A DNA stretch of 64,000 nucleotides from Pseudobacteriovorax sp. (lineage in GTDB: Bacteria; Bdellovibrionota_B; Oligoflexia; Oligoflexales; Oligoflexaceae), in the NCBI GenBank assembly GCA_050293845.1, contig JBNKNM010000002.1, forward strand, positions 18,045 through 82,044. Direction: 5' to 3'. The translations under genes and the position numbers were made by a program. Within the stretch, counting starts at the first letter, position 1, and every line of letters begins with the position of its first letter. Under the pieces are notes generated by a model. The model saw only the letters and a program-made list of their open reading frames with translations, did not search any database and was not told the origin of the DNA. Below, piece after piece: positions 1-8,871 of the stretch.

Positions 1-1
1 C

Positions 2-178
2 CAATTTTTAGGCTTAAAACTTTTTAAAAAATCGTTTATTGAAAAGTATCAGCGCCGAGGTGCTAAAGTTCTGGCATACTTGCCAGAACATGATGGTGAA
101 GTAGCAGCAGCGATGCGAGCTGGAGTCGATGAAATCCTGACTAATGGAAAGCCATGCAATTTAAATATCTCCTCTTAG
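2..178 (+). CDS. 3' end of a CDS cut by the window edge, probably glycerophosphodiester phosphodiesterase family
   Basis: Frame 2 is open from base 2 to TAG at 176-178 and reads ...RRGAKVLAYLPEHDGEVAAAMRAGVDEILTN..., resembling the GDPD C-terminal GVDGIITD motif. Not in the ORF track. Confidence 0.5.
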   Translation, partial: QFLGLKLFKKSFIEKYQRRGAKVLAYLPEHDGEVAAAMRAGVDEILTNGKPCNLNISS

Positions 179-996
179 GGTGTCTTTATTACATCCTTTG
201 CGCTCCCCAAGTTGCGGGGCGGGAAAGCAAGGAAGAAAAACGCCAGCATACCTACAGGCTCCGCAGGTTTATACAGCTTGTTGACTTTACTATGGACGAT
301 CACGGGCAGCCCGCATCGTTGAGAAAGGCTAGGGTGTCTGAATTGTCTGAAATGTTTGCTTTAGTAAAGGCGAAGCTTTCGCAGAAACGAGGCGATGATT
401 TCAATAATTATTTTGCAGCCTATCAGAGCTCTTTAATGACAGCTATGGCAAAAGATTCACGACCACATCGGGAGGCTTTTCTCGCCCTGAGATCCCAAAC
501 ATTGAAGATGTTTAAGGTGGTGTCTACGCCAGCTTTGGTACCTGATAATGACTTAGGACATCAAACCTATGTCAAATTCTGTATGAGCTGCCATGGAAAA
601 GCAGGCCGTGGGGATGGGAGGTTTACCCAGAATCCTAGCATGCCAATGGTGCCTAGTCCGAAGGACTTTTCGCAGCAGATAGACGCTGGCGTGCGTTCGC
701 CTTTTTCGTACTTCAACACTCTTCTTATGGGATCACCGGGAACTGCTATGAGATCTTACGAAAAATCTCTGACCAAGCACGAAATGTGGTCTTTAGCGTT
801 TTTCATTGCGAAATATCCTGATATTATTGGTGAAAGCTATGCTCCCCCCTACTCCATGTCAGTCACTCTGAACGATCTTGCCACAAAGACAAATGCTGAC
901 CTCGTGCACGCCCTCTCTCCTGGTGGAAACAATAGGAAATTTCTCTACTATATGAGAAATGTTGCGAGTTTCTCAAAAAAACTTCCTCGCAAGTAG
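154..996 (+). CDS. Secreted monoheme c-type cytochrome
   Basis: Signal-peptide-like N-terminus, CMSCH heme motif followed by GRGDG, and a likely distal Met ligand in GTAMRSY. Confidence 0.8.
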   Translation: MQFKYLLLGCLYYILCAPQVAGRESKEEKRQHTYRLRRFIQLVDFTMDDHGQPASLRKARVSELSEMFALVKAKLSQKRGDDFNNYFAAYQSSLMTAMAKDSRPHREAFLALRSQTLKMFKVVSTPALVPDNDLGHQTYVKFCMSCHGKAGRGDGRFTQNPSMPMVPSPKDFSQQIDAGVRSPFSYFNTLLMGSPGTAMRSYEKSLTKHEMWSLAFFIAKYPDIIGESYAPPYSMSVTLNDLATKTNADLVHALSPGGNNRKFLYYMRNVASFSKKLPRK

Positions 997-1150
997 TAAT
1001 CTCATCTTATCTTCATGTTTTTGCTTCTATAGAGCTGAGAAGATGGGCTTGTCAGATACATAGGAGCTGTATTATACCTAGCCCACAATTTTTAGACAGG
1101 AATCGTTAGAGCCTTTAAAAGCACTTTTGCATTTTATACGAGGTGTACCA

Positions 1151-1609
1151 ATGGACGTTTTACAGTACATTATAGACTATCAAGTAAGACTAAAAGAGCA
1201 GGCTGATAGCTTCCTAACGGATGGTGGACAAAAACTTGAAAAGTGGGACCAGCTTAAAAAAACTCTTTATAGCAAGTCGAAGATCGATAGAGATTACTTA
1301 TTTCCAGAGGTGGCAGAGCTCTCGAACCTTGCCAATAGTACGGTAAAAAAATCCATAGCGCTTTTAGCTAAAGTGGACGATTTGCTAGAGCGTGCGGATG
1401 TTGTTATGCAAAAGGGGGATCAGGTTTCTTTCCTGGAGCTTGTTGTGTCAATTAAATTAGCTCTTACGGTCTACTTTGACTTTATCCAGAAGGAAATGCT
1501 TCCTATAATCCGAAGTAAAATGCCTACTTATGTAAGGGAAGAGCTCTCTGAAGTGCTGGATGATATGGTTAATGAAGATATAGAATCTGGTGTAGCATTG
1601 TATGCATAA
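1151..1609 (+). CDS. All-helical hypothetical protein with a hemerythrin/HHE-like pattern but no His ligands
   Basis: ATG at 1151 follows GAGGT. The YLFPEV and EMLPII motifs echo the EExxLFP repeats of hemerythrin domains. Confidence 0.5.
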   Translation: MDVLQYIIDYQVRLKEQADSFLTDGGQKLEKWDQLKKTLYSKSKIDRDYLFPEVAELSNLANSTVKKSIALLAKVDDLLERADVVMQKGDQVSFLELVVSIKLALTVYFDFIQKEMLPIIRSKMPTYVREELSEVLDDMVNEDIESGVALYA

Positions 1610-1754
1610 TGGATGTTGTGGCCGATCAGGAAAGTAAATCCTTGACGGTCATAGCGATCTCATGTAACAAAGCTCTTTCCTAGCATTGGGTTGCATGTCA
1701 TCCCGGATTATCAAACGGAAGTTAGCCAGTAGCTAAGTATAGATAGGTCCAGAT

Positions 1755-2144
1755 ATGAAAAACAGCATCATTTCAGCTTTTGAAAAGAAAAAATTTGAAA
1801 AAGAACCAAACCTTCCCGAGTTTAGACCCGGAGATACTGTGAAGGTTCATTATAGAATCCAAGAAGGTGCTGATAAGAGTAAGTTTCGTATCCAGCCCTT
1901 TGAGGGGGTTGTTATCCGCTTTAAAAAAGGTGGAGTTGAGTCAACCTTTACTGTGCGCAAAGTGGGAGCCAACGGTGTAGGTGTAGAGCGGGTTTTTCCC
2001 ATTTACTCTCCGAACATTTCCAAAATTGATGTTTTGGCCTCTGGTGTTGTCCGCCGGTCACGACTTTTTTACTTACGAGAGCTTTCTGGAAAAGCTGCCC
2101 GTATCAAAAGTCGCTATATCCCGCGAAAAAAAAGCAGCAAGTAG
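1755..2144 (+). CDS. rplS: 50S ribosomal protein L19
   Basis: [21 protein letters not shown]...GVGVERVFP and [10 protein letters not shown] motifs. Confidence 0.98.
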   Translation: MKNSIISAFEKKKFEKEPNLPEFRPGDTVKVHYRIQEGADKSKFRIQPFEGVVIRFKKGGVESTFTVRKVGANGVGVERVFPIYSPNISKIDVLASGVVRRSRLFYLRELSGKAARIKSRYIPRKKSSK

Positions 2145-2148
2145 CAAG

Positions 2149-2508
2149 TTAAGCTTGGATGTGGCTATAGCGATATAGTCTTTGCATACGGCTTCCTGTA
2201 ACTACAAAAAGGTCTATTCTAAGATAAGAAACCTCTATCGAGGAATGGTCAATATAGCGCAGAGCTCCTTTTTTGATTCTTTGGAGCTGAGCGCTGCTGA
2301 CAATATTTTGCATGATGCAGGTTTCCGGATTAAAGCTCTTCCTAAACTTCACTTCTCCCATCAGAAGCGTTCCCTCGCTATCCAAAGCTAAGATATCGAT
2401 TTCAAAGCCACGGCCGCGATAATTGCGCGCACAGATATGCCATCCTTGCTGGCGTAATAAGCCGCTAACAGCGGCTTCGGCTCGCCTGGCCTTACTGAAT
2501 GCTGCCAT
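2149..2508 (-). CDS. yraN: YraN family PD-(D/E)xK nuclease-like protein
   Basis: ARNYR...EIDIL...GEVKFR...RID motifs; lies directly after rnhB. Confidence 0.85.
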   Translation of the reverse strand: MAAFSKARRAEAAVSGLLRQQGWHICARNYRGRGFEIDILALDSEGTLLMGEVKFRKSFNPETCIMQNIVSSAQLQRIKKGALRYIDHSSIEVSYLRIDLFVVTGSRMQRLYRYSHIQA

Positions 2509-3148
2509 TTTTTACCATACGGGCAACGGGAGCAAAGTTGCGCCGATGGAGTGGGCAGATACCGTGCTCGGCAATGCCCCTGAGGTGTTTGGCTGTGCCA
2601 TAACCAACATTAGCGGAGAAGTCATAAGCAGGGTATTTTTGTGCTTGGCCTCGCATTAGCTCATCCCGTGCTTCCTTGGCAAGGATAGAGGCGGCGGCAA
2701 TAGCAAAGCATAGGGCATCACCCCCTACAATGGCCCGTTGCTCACCCCCATAACGGGGTAAAGGGTGCTTACCATCTAGTAGCAGCAGGTCTGGACTGGA
2801 TGGGCACTGCCGCATGGCGCGTCTCATAGCTCGAAATGTCGCGGGGACGATGCCGTATTTTTCGATCTCCCGGGCTGAAGAAGAACTGACACCCCATTCT
2901 TTGCTAATATTATGGATAATCGGAATAATACTTTGTCTTTGCTTCTGACTTAGGGTTTTAGAGTCGCGGATTAATTCTTTTTCACGAACGCTAAGTTTAT
3001 CCAGAAGAGAATAATCAAGGGCGACACAAGCAGCAAATACAGGACCCGCGAGGCAGCCTCGGCCGACTTCATCTACGCCGAAAATGATGGAGTACTGCTT
3101 GAGAAAGTCCGCTTCTATTTTTCCTTTTTTAGGGGGGAGAACTGTCAT
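2492..3148 (-). CDS. rnhB: Ribonuclease HII
   Basis: GVDEVGRGCLAGPV, DSKTL, GDA..AIAAASILAK and GYGT...HR motifs. Confidence 0.97.
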   Translation of the reverse strand: MTVLPPKKGKIEADFLKQYSIIFGVDEVGRGCLAGPVFAACVALDYSLLDKLSVREKELIRDSKTLSQKQRQSIIPIIHNISKEWGVSSSSAREIEKYGIVPATFRAMRRAMRQCPSSPDLLLLDGKHPLPRYGGEQRAIVGGDALCFAIAAASILAKEARDELMRGQAQKYPAYDFSANVGYGTAKHLRGIAEHGICPLHRRNFAPVARMVKNGSIQ

Positions 3149-3461
3149 GATGTAGTCTTTCGATAAACTCTCTTAGTTTAACCCTAGGATGACGGCCTAA
3201 TACCCTGTCTGTAACCACTCCTTCCTTTAAGGCGAAGAGAGATGGAATTTTTGTGACTCCTAGGCTGGCCGGTATGTTAGCATTTTCATCGATATCCATA
3301 CAAAAGAAACTTACCTTATCTTGGTATGAATCTGCTAGCTCTTCCAATATTTCGCGGATCGGTTGGCAGGGCTTGGACCAAGGAGCGTAAAAAAAGATCA
3401 CAGCAGGATGACTCAACGTGCTGGTAACGTGATCGTAATTAGTATCGCTGATTTTTTCCAT
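3129..3461 (-). CDS. Thioredoxin-fold protein with atypical WSKPC active site
   Basis: FFYAPWSKPC, DIDEN and GVTKIP (cis-Pro) motifs; 110 aa. Confidence 0.85.
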   Translation of the reverse strand: MEKISDTNYDHVTSTLSHPAVIFFYAPWSKPCQPIREILEELADSYQDKVSFFCMDIDENANIPASLGVTKIPSLFALKEGVVTDRVLGRHPRVKLREFIERLHHDSSPP

Positions 3462-3476
3462 CGGTGTTCCTTTCTA

Positions 3477-3767
3477 TTAAAGGTCGATCCGCCGTCTTGA
3501 TTTGGCAATGAGAATACGACAAACTTTCTGGTCGATAATCTTTAGGCTAGGGGGATAGGACCAGTCTTGGCGCTCCTTAAAAAATTGAGGAATGATCTCA
3601 GAAAGGATCAATAGGAGCTGGTCTTCCTCACCTTCTGCAAGACGGAGCCACTTGCCGATGTATTCGTATTCAATATAGGGGAGTACGTGTCCTTTTTTAC
3701 GGTGGGACAAGATAAACTGGGCGACTAAGTGCCTACCTGTTAGGTTTTGTTCGGGAATAAAGCTCAT
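3477..3767 (-). CDS. Hypothetical protein
   Basis: 96 aa ORF whose start overlaps the upstream stop codon at 3767; operon context. Confidence 0.65.
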   Translation of the reverse strand: MSFIPEQNLTGRHLVAQFILSHRKKGHVLPYIEYEYIGKWLRLAEGEEDQLLLILSEIIPQFFKERQDWSYPPSLKIIDQKVCRILIAKSRRRIDL

Positions 3768-4294
3768 TATTTGTCCTCAGCACGCATTTTAGCTAATTGA
3801 GATTCGATTTCTATTATTTTGTCTTGCATGCTGTCAAGGCGCTCTTGATACCGCATGATTTCGTGTAGATGATCATGTATGCGTAATAAGTTTGCCACTC
3901 GAATGGGTATAGAGTCAATGTGCTTAGGGTTAACTATGTCGAAGTACCAATTGTTAGCAGCAAATTCATGCATAGCTGAAGATAGCTCGTAGCCCTCTAC
4001 TTCGCTAAAGATCAATGCTGGAGTCCAGATACTATTTTGGTGTAAGATGCGTTTATTAATGCCTAATAACCATTGGGAAAATTCGTGATCTTCGACCAGC
4101 AAGGCTGAGATCAGAAGTAAGTCACAAGGGTTAAAATTCTCACTGTCTAAGGATTTTAGTGTGATCAGGTCAAAGTCAGGCAAGAAGCTTAACTGTTTTT
4201 CAAAGTTCAACTTATGTGCATCAACAAACCTTTTCTCACTATCCCAATAACAAATACGTCGTCGCCTAAAAAAGTTAGAAGATTGTTTTTTCAA
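3767..4294 (-). CDS. Hypothetical protein, possible pseudo-receiver domain plus coiled coil
   Basis: GGAG RBS upstream; alpha/beta pattern (RICYWD, CDLLLIS, PALIFS) and a heptad-rich C-terminus. Confidence 0.6.
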   Translation of the reverse strand: MKKQSSNFFRRRRICYWDSEKRFVDAHKLNFEKQLSFLPDFDLITLKSLDSENFNPCDLLLISALLVEDHEFSQWLLGINKRILHQNSIWTPALIFSEVEGYELSSAMHEFAANNWYFDIVNPKHIDSIPIRVANLLRIHDHLHEIMRYQERLDSMQDKIIEIESQLAKMRAEDK

Positions 4295-4373
4295 ACCTTT
4301 CTCCAGGGGCTAAAATTATCGATGGAATTGTTATACTAGTCTAGCTGATTTCTTGATTTTCGAGGAGCATAAC

Positions 4374-5390
4374 ATGAAGTTAACGGTAGAAGTTCCCACA
4401 CGAGTTGATCTTGCCGGTGGAACTTTGGATATATACCCTCTTACGGAGGTACTAGAATACAGTTGCACCATTAATGTTGGGGTTAATCTAAGCGCTCGTG
4501 TCAGTATTGAGGCCAAGGATGGTGTTTCGGAAGTAAGGAGTATGGACCAAAGACAGACCCAGATATTAGCTCCGCAATGGCGATCTAAATCCCAACTTCC
4601 GCTTATTTCTGAGATCTATTTTCGCATGTGGGAGCAAAATTGGCCATCTGTTTTAATCACTACTTCCTGTCAATCACCGTCGGGAGCAGGTTTGGGGGGG
4701 TCTTCCGCCCTAGGCATTGGAGTGGCTACAGCCCTTAATCTTTGGGCTTACAAAAATGGTTGGGCGGAAAAGCTTTCAGAGAAAAGCATTGTTGCCATGG
4801 TGCAGTCTATAGAAACTCGTGTGATTCATTGTCCAACCGGGTGCCAAGACTACTGGGGGGCGGTGAGGGGGCGTATCAACCTCATTCATTTCAATGATGG
4901 GTCTCCCGTAGTTGAAACCCTCAACGCGGAAGATGCTGGATATTTGAAGGATCGACTGATTCTTTGTTACTCTGGTAAATCACGGGCATCCGGTATGAAT
5001 AATTGGTCGATATTCAAACAAGTTTTCGATGGAGATAAGACGCTGATTCAGCAACTAAACAGCATCGGTAAAGTAACACAGCTAATGGCGAAAGCCATTA
5101 AACAAAAAGATTGGCCGCAAGCAGTGGATCTTTCTGGCGAAGAGTGGGTTTTGAGAAAACAATTGTGGCCCCATATAGAAACATCAGAAACTCGTAGTAT
5201 CGATGAGCTAGCGCTTGCTGCAGGAGCAAAGTTTACAAGGGTATGTGGTGCAGGAGGGGGAGGGGTTATGGCCATCCTGGTTGAACCAGATAAGTATGAA
5301 ATAGTACGGGACCGACTACAAAATAGTTCAGGTAGCGTTTTACAAGCTTTAATCAGCGATGAGGGAATACGTGCACAGATTATTGATTAA
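4374..5390 (+). CDS. GHMP-family sugar kinase (HddA/fucokinase-like)
   Basis: PTRVDLAGGTLD, PSGAGLGGSSA, GCQDY and GAGGGG motifs; ATG at 4374 after GAGGAG. Confidence 0.9.
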   Translation: MKLTVEVPTRVDLAGGTLDIYPLTEVLEYSCTINVGVNLSARVSIEAKDGVSEVRSMDQRQTQILAPQWRSKSQLPLISEIYFRMWEQNWPSVLITTSCQSPSGAGLGGSSALGIGVATALNLWAYKNGWAEKLSEKSIVAMVQSIETRVIHCPTGCQDYWGAVRGRINLIHFNDGSPVVETLNAEDAGYLKDRLILCYSGKSRASGMNNWSIFKQVFDGDKTLIQQLNSIGKVTQLMAKAIKQKDWPQAVDLSGEEWVLRKQLWPHIETSETRSIDELALAAGAKFTRVCGAGGGGVMAILVEPDKYEIVRDRLQNSSGSVLQALISDEGIRAQIID

Positions 5391-7638
5391 TACAGCGACG
5401 TTAGCCGTAGGGGTTCTATTATCAGCGGCCTGTGCCACGCAGAGGGTTCTCCCGCTTCTGGATATTACCGTTACGCCATTGCGTTTCCATCAGGCTACCA
5501 ACTTTCAGGATCAAATAAAAACATTCGAATTCCTACAGGCTCAAGAAGAATATCATCAGCTTAAGACCGAAGATATGAAGGATCTCCTCTGGGCTTTACA
5601 CTATCAAGAAGTCGGTGATTTAAGAAAAAGTCTTGAATATTGGATGAAAATATTAAGTGATGACCATCCATCATTGCAAAATAAAGCCTTTGCAAGTTGG
5701 GTGACAACACTTGACCAAATTATGGGTCAGAAAAAAGAAATAGCTGCAATAGCCGCGTTTTTCTGGCAGGAGCCCCAGCTGCAACAAAGTAAATTTGCAA
5801 AGCGTCACGGCTGGACTGAAGAGCAAAATATTTTACCAAAAATTGCTGCGATTTTAGATGTAAAAAACAATCTTGCAGCCAATGAAGGGAATATGCCGGA
5901 AGACCCCTTTCTTGCCATCAAGGCCGCGCAGTACTGTGAGAACCCTGACGATTCTAGGTGGAGTACCTATCTAGAGGGACTCCCAGAAAGCCTTTTGGGC
6001 TATTGGCAGGCACTGATTTTAGATTGTAAAGGTCAGCCTACTTTAGCTTTGGAAAAATTTGAAGCGATTTACAAAGATTTATCTACTGGTCAGGATTACC
6101 TGAGTTACGCCTACTATGCAAGTAAAGCCATGATAAGATTGCAAAAGTATGTAGGGAACCGAGAGGCCACTGCTGATGCCTACAAAAGAACTTTGGAGCT
6201 AATCTATCGCAACGATTTTCAACCTTCGCATCTCAACGAAGATAAGGACTTCCCATTATTTTACGAGAGACTCAATATTAAACTATGGACAGCACGTTAC
6301 AATGCTTTAGTGGGAAACTATAAGGAGGCTAGCACTCTCGTTCAGGAGGCCTTAGCCTCAGTAAAAGGCCAAAATCTGAAGGATTATTCTCGGAAAGAGG
6401 TCAGGAGTATTACCGAGCTTATGGCGGAAGCTTATCATATTAGCGCCTTTCGTATATCTCTAGAGCAACAGGAATATGATATTTCGGCCATGAATAGTGA
6501 ATTGGGGGCACAGCTAGATCCTTTATCTGAAAACTGGAAATGGAGGTTTCAATGGTATAAAGGCTGGTACCGCTACCTCCAAGGAATGGTGAAACAGGCA
6601 CAAGATAGTTGGTTGGAGCTTGTGGAAGACGATATTGCTTCCGTTTGGCGTGAAAAGGCTTTGTTTTGGCTAGCCTTCACAATGAAGAACTTGCAAAAGC
6701 AAAAAGCATTTGAAATCTATCGCGATCGACTTTATCGGGATTTTCCCTTTGGCTTTTATACTATTTACAGCGGCCTTAAATTAGGGTGGGCGCAGTCAAA
6801 TGACTTTAAAGCAGAAAACTTTCAGCACAAACTTTCTCAATGGAACCTTGATATAGCCCCCCTCATGGCTGATGAAGATCTCAAGATGTTGCACCAAAGG
6901 ATTTTATTCGCTCTTAAATTGGGCAATAGCACGATTATTAAGGAGGAAATTCTTTCCCTCTATCGTCTGAGCCGAAAAAGAATATCAACAAATCATCTTG
7001 AGACTTATCTCTATATTAGTCGCTTGCTGCTTGTGGGGCACCAGTATCCCCTGGCGATGGGATTAAGTTTTGAGCTATCCCAAAGATTTGAAGATTTGTG
7101 GGAAACATACCCCGAACAGATTTTGGTGTCTTTTCCCAACGCATATTTTCACGAAGTCAAAGCTGTGGCTCAAGATAATAACTTAGATCCCTATTTGTTA
7201 TTGGGGTTAATCCGTCAAGAGAGTGCATTCGACAGGGAGGCTACAAGTTGGATAGGGGCTAAGGGCTTACTCCAGCTGATGCCGCATACAGCAGCAAAAT
7301 ATTTACAAGAATTTCCGATGAATGAAGAAGCTTTAACGAGCAGCCTGGAAGAACCTCTGTTCAACCTTCAGTTAGCGGGAAAACACCTCTCCTATCTGCA
7401 ACAGCACTATAAGGGGGATCTTTTTAAGGTCTGTGCTGCCTATAACGCTGGTGAGTATGTCGTTGATCGCTGGATCACCCGCCGTCGTGGAGAAAATGAG
7501 TTGGTATGGCTGGAAAATATACCCTTTTCAGAAACCCAGAAGTATGTCAAATTTGTAATACGCAATCGCATCGTGTATCAAAAAATCTATGACCTCGAAG
7601 ATAGCCATACTATTAAGGCTCCCCAGGGTGAGATATGA
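5371..7638 (+). CDS. Slt-type lytic transglycosylase (TPR-like helical repeats plus C-terminal SLT domain), putative lipoprotein
   Basis: IRQESAF, GAKGLLQLMP, AAYNAG and ETQKYV motifs; lipobox LSAAC. Start is GTG 5371 after GAGGGA, or ATG 5359. Confidence 0.9.
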   Translation: MHRLLINTATLAVGVLLSAACATQRVLPLLDITVTPLRFHQATNFQDQIKTFEFLQAQEEYHQLKTEDMKDLLWALHYQEVGDLRKSLEYWMKILSDDHPSLQNKAFASWVTTLDQIMGQKKEIAAIAAFFWQEPQLQQSKFAKRHGWTEEQNILPKIAAILDVKNNLAANEGNMPEDPFLAIKAAQYCENPDDSRWSTYLEGLPESLLGYWQALILDCKGQPTLALEKFEAIYKDLSTGQDYLSYAYYASKAMIRLQKYVGNREATADAYKRTLELIYRNDFQPSHLNEDKDFPLFYERLNIKLWTARYNALVGNYKEASTLVQEALASVKGQNLKDYSRKEVRSITELMAEAYHISAFRISLEQQEYDISAMNSELGAQLDPLSENWKWRFQWYKGWYRYLQGMVKQAQDSWLELVEDDIASVWREKALFWLAFTMKNLQKQKAFEIYRDRLYRDFPFGFYTIYSGLKLGWAQSNDFKAENFQHKLSQWNLDIAPLMADEDLKMLHQRILFALKLGNSTIIKEEILSLYRLSRKRISTNHLETYLYISRLLLVGHQYPLAMGLSFELSQRFEDLWETYPEQILVSFPNAYFHEVKAVAQDNNLDPYLLLGLIRQESAFDREATSWIGAKGLLQLMPHTAAKYLQEFPMNEEALTSSLEEPLFNLQLAGKHLSYLQQHYKGDLFKVCAAYNAGEYVVDRWITRRRGENELVWLENIPFSETQKYVKFVIRNRIVYQKIYDLEDSHTIKAPQGEI

Positions 7639-7717
7639 TTTTTCCTTTTTATTGACCTGACAACATGATACAAATTTTGCGACTTTGATTAACAGTATCT
7701 TGTGGAGATTAGATTTC

Positions 7718-7861
7718 ATGAGTAGCAAAGAATTGCAGGAAAAAAATGCCCGTGAAATTACTGGGTGGCTGACTATGGCGCTGATGATGACTCTTTTTCC
7801 CATATTATTCTTTTTATGTGTATGGGCGCCAATGTGGTTCGGAAGTACCACTCCTTACTAG
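7718..7861 (+). CDS. 47-aa single-pass membrane protein
   Basis: GGAG upstream; MSSKELQEKNAREITGWLTMALMMTLFPILFFLCVWAPMWFGSTTPY*. Below the ORF-track size cutoff. Confidence 0.55.
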   Translation: MSSKELQEKNAREITGWLTMALMMTLFPILFFLCVWAPMWFGSTTPY

Positions 7862-7947
7862 TGCAACATAACTTTCTATTGCCTCCCACTTGAAAAAAAT
7901 AGTAAGTCACATAGCCTTTGGTAAATTTCTAGCTAGGGGCGGGCAAA

Positions 7948-8871
7948 ATGAAGAGTCAGGTAGGTGTGAATATGTCCATTCAGCGCGCAGGCGTTACGGC
8001 TACCCTATTGACAACGCTGCGGTCCATACTACAGATGATGAAACCAACAATTTCACTTTTGGTAGTTGTTACGGTAATTCCTTCTTACTTGATTGCCAGT
8101 CAAGGGACGTCATCGCTATCTCTCTTACTGATAGTATTGCTGGGGACCTTTTTGGCTTCCGGTTCCGCTGGTATATTCAACCACCTAGCCGACTCTGATA
8201 TCGATGGCTATATGAATCGGACTAGCTCCCGGCCTCTACCCACGGGCAAAGTAAGTACTTTTGGGGCATCGACTGCGGCTGTTCTGTTGGGTGTAAGTTC
8301 GTTCTATATCCTCTATATGCATGCTACTCCCTTGGCTGCATGGATAGCCTTGGGGGCTAATGCTTTTTATGTATTAATTTATACGATGTATCTCAAACGC
8401 CGTACCGTGCACAATATAGTCATTGGCGGTGCTGCTGGTGCCGTAGGGCCTCTTATAGGCTATGCTGCGGTTAAAGGAAGCCTAGACCTATCATCAATCC
8501 TCTTATTTTTGATCATTTTCCTCTGGACCCCTCCCCACTTTTGGGCCCTGGCCATTAAATACCGCAAGGACTATTCTAAAGCTGGTATTCCCATGCTGCC
8601 ATCCGTTAAAGGAGTTTGGGTGAGTAAGCAGCATATATTCTTCTATACTCTGACTTTAATTCCGACTGTGTTGAGTCTGTTCTTTCTGGGAACAGCGGGG
8701 TGGCTGTATTTTATAGCTAGTGGTTCTCTAACCTTATACTTCGTATGGCTGGCTTATAAGCTACTGCGATCCAAAGGGGAAGAAGAGGCCATGCCTCTAT
8801 TTCTGTATTCTTGCTTTTACTTATTCGGAATTTTTGGTTTCTTGGCCCTCGATCTCATGATTATAGCATGA
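7948..8871 (+). CDS. ctaB: Protoheme IX farnesyltransferase (heme O synthase)
   Basis: DSDIDGYMNRTSSRPLP, YTMYLKRRT, LWTPPHFWALA and DYSKAGIPMLP motifs. Confidence 0.96.
   Translation: MKSQVGVNMSIQRAGVTATLLTTLRSILQMMKPTISLLVVVTVIPSYLIASQGTSSLSLLLIVLLGTFLASGSAGIFNHLADSDIDGYMNRTSSRPLPTGKVSTFGASTAAVLLGVSSFYILYMHATPLAAWIALGANAFYVLIYTMYLKRRTVHNIVIGGAAGAVGPLIGYAAVKGSLDLSSILLFLIIFLWTPPHFWALAIKYRKDYSKAGIPMLPSVKGVWVSKQHIFFYTLTLIPTVLSLFFLGTAGWLYFIASGSLTLYFVWLAYKLLRSKGEEEAMPLFLYSCFYLFGIFGFLALDLMIIA

Noticed and set aside
7528..8198. ORFs 7528-7851 (-) and 7890-8198 (+)
   Set aside because: They overlap slt, the 47-aa ORF or ctaB in other frames and show no recognisable features.
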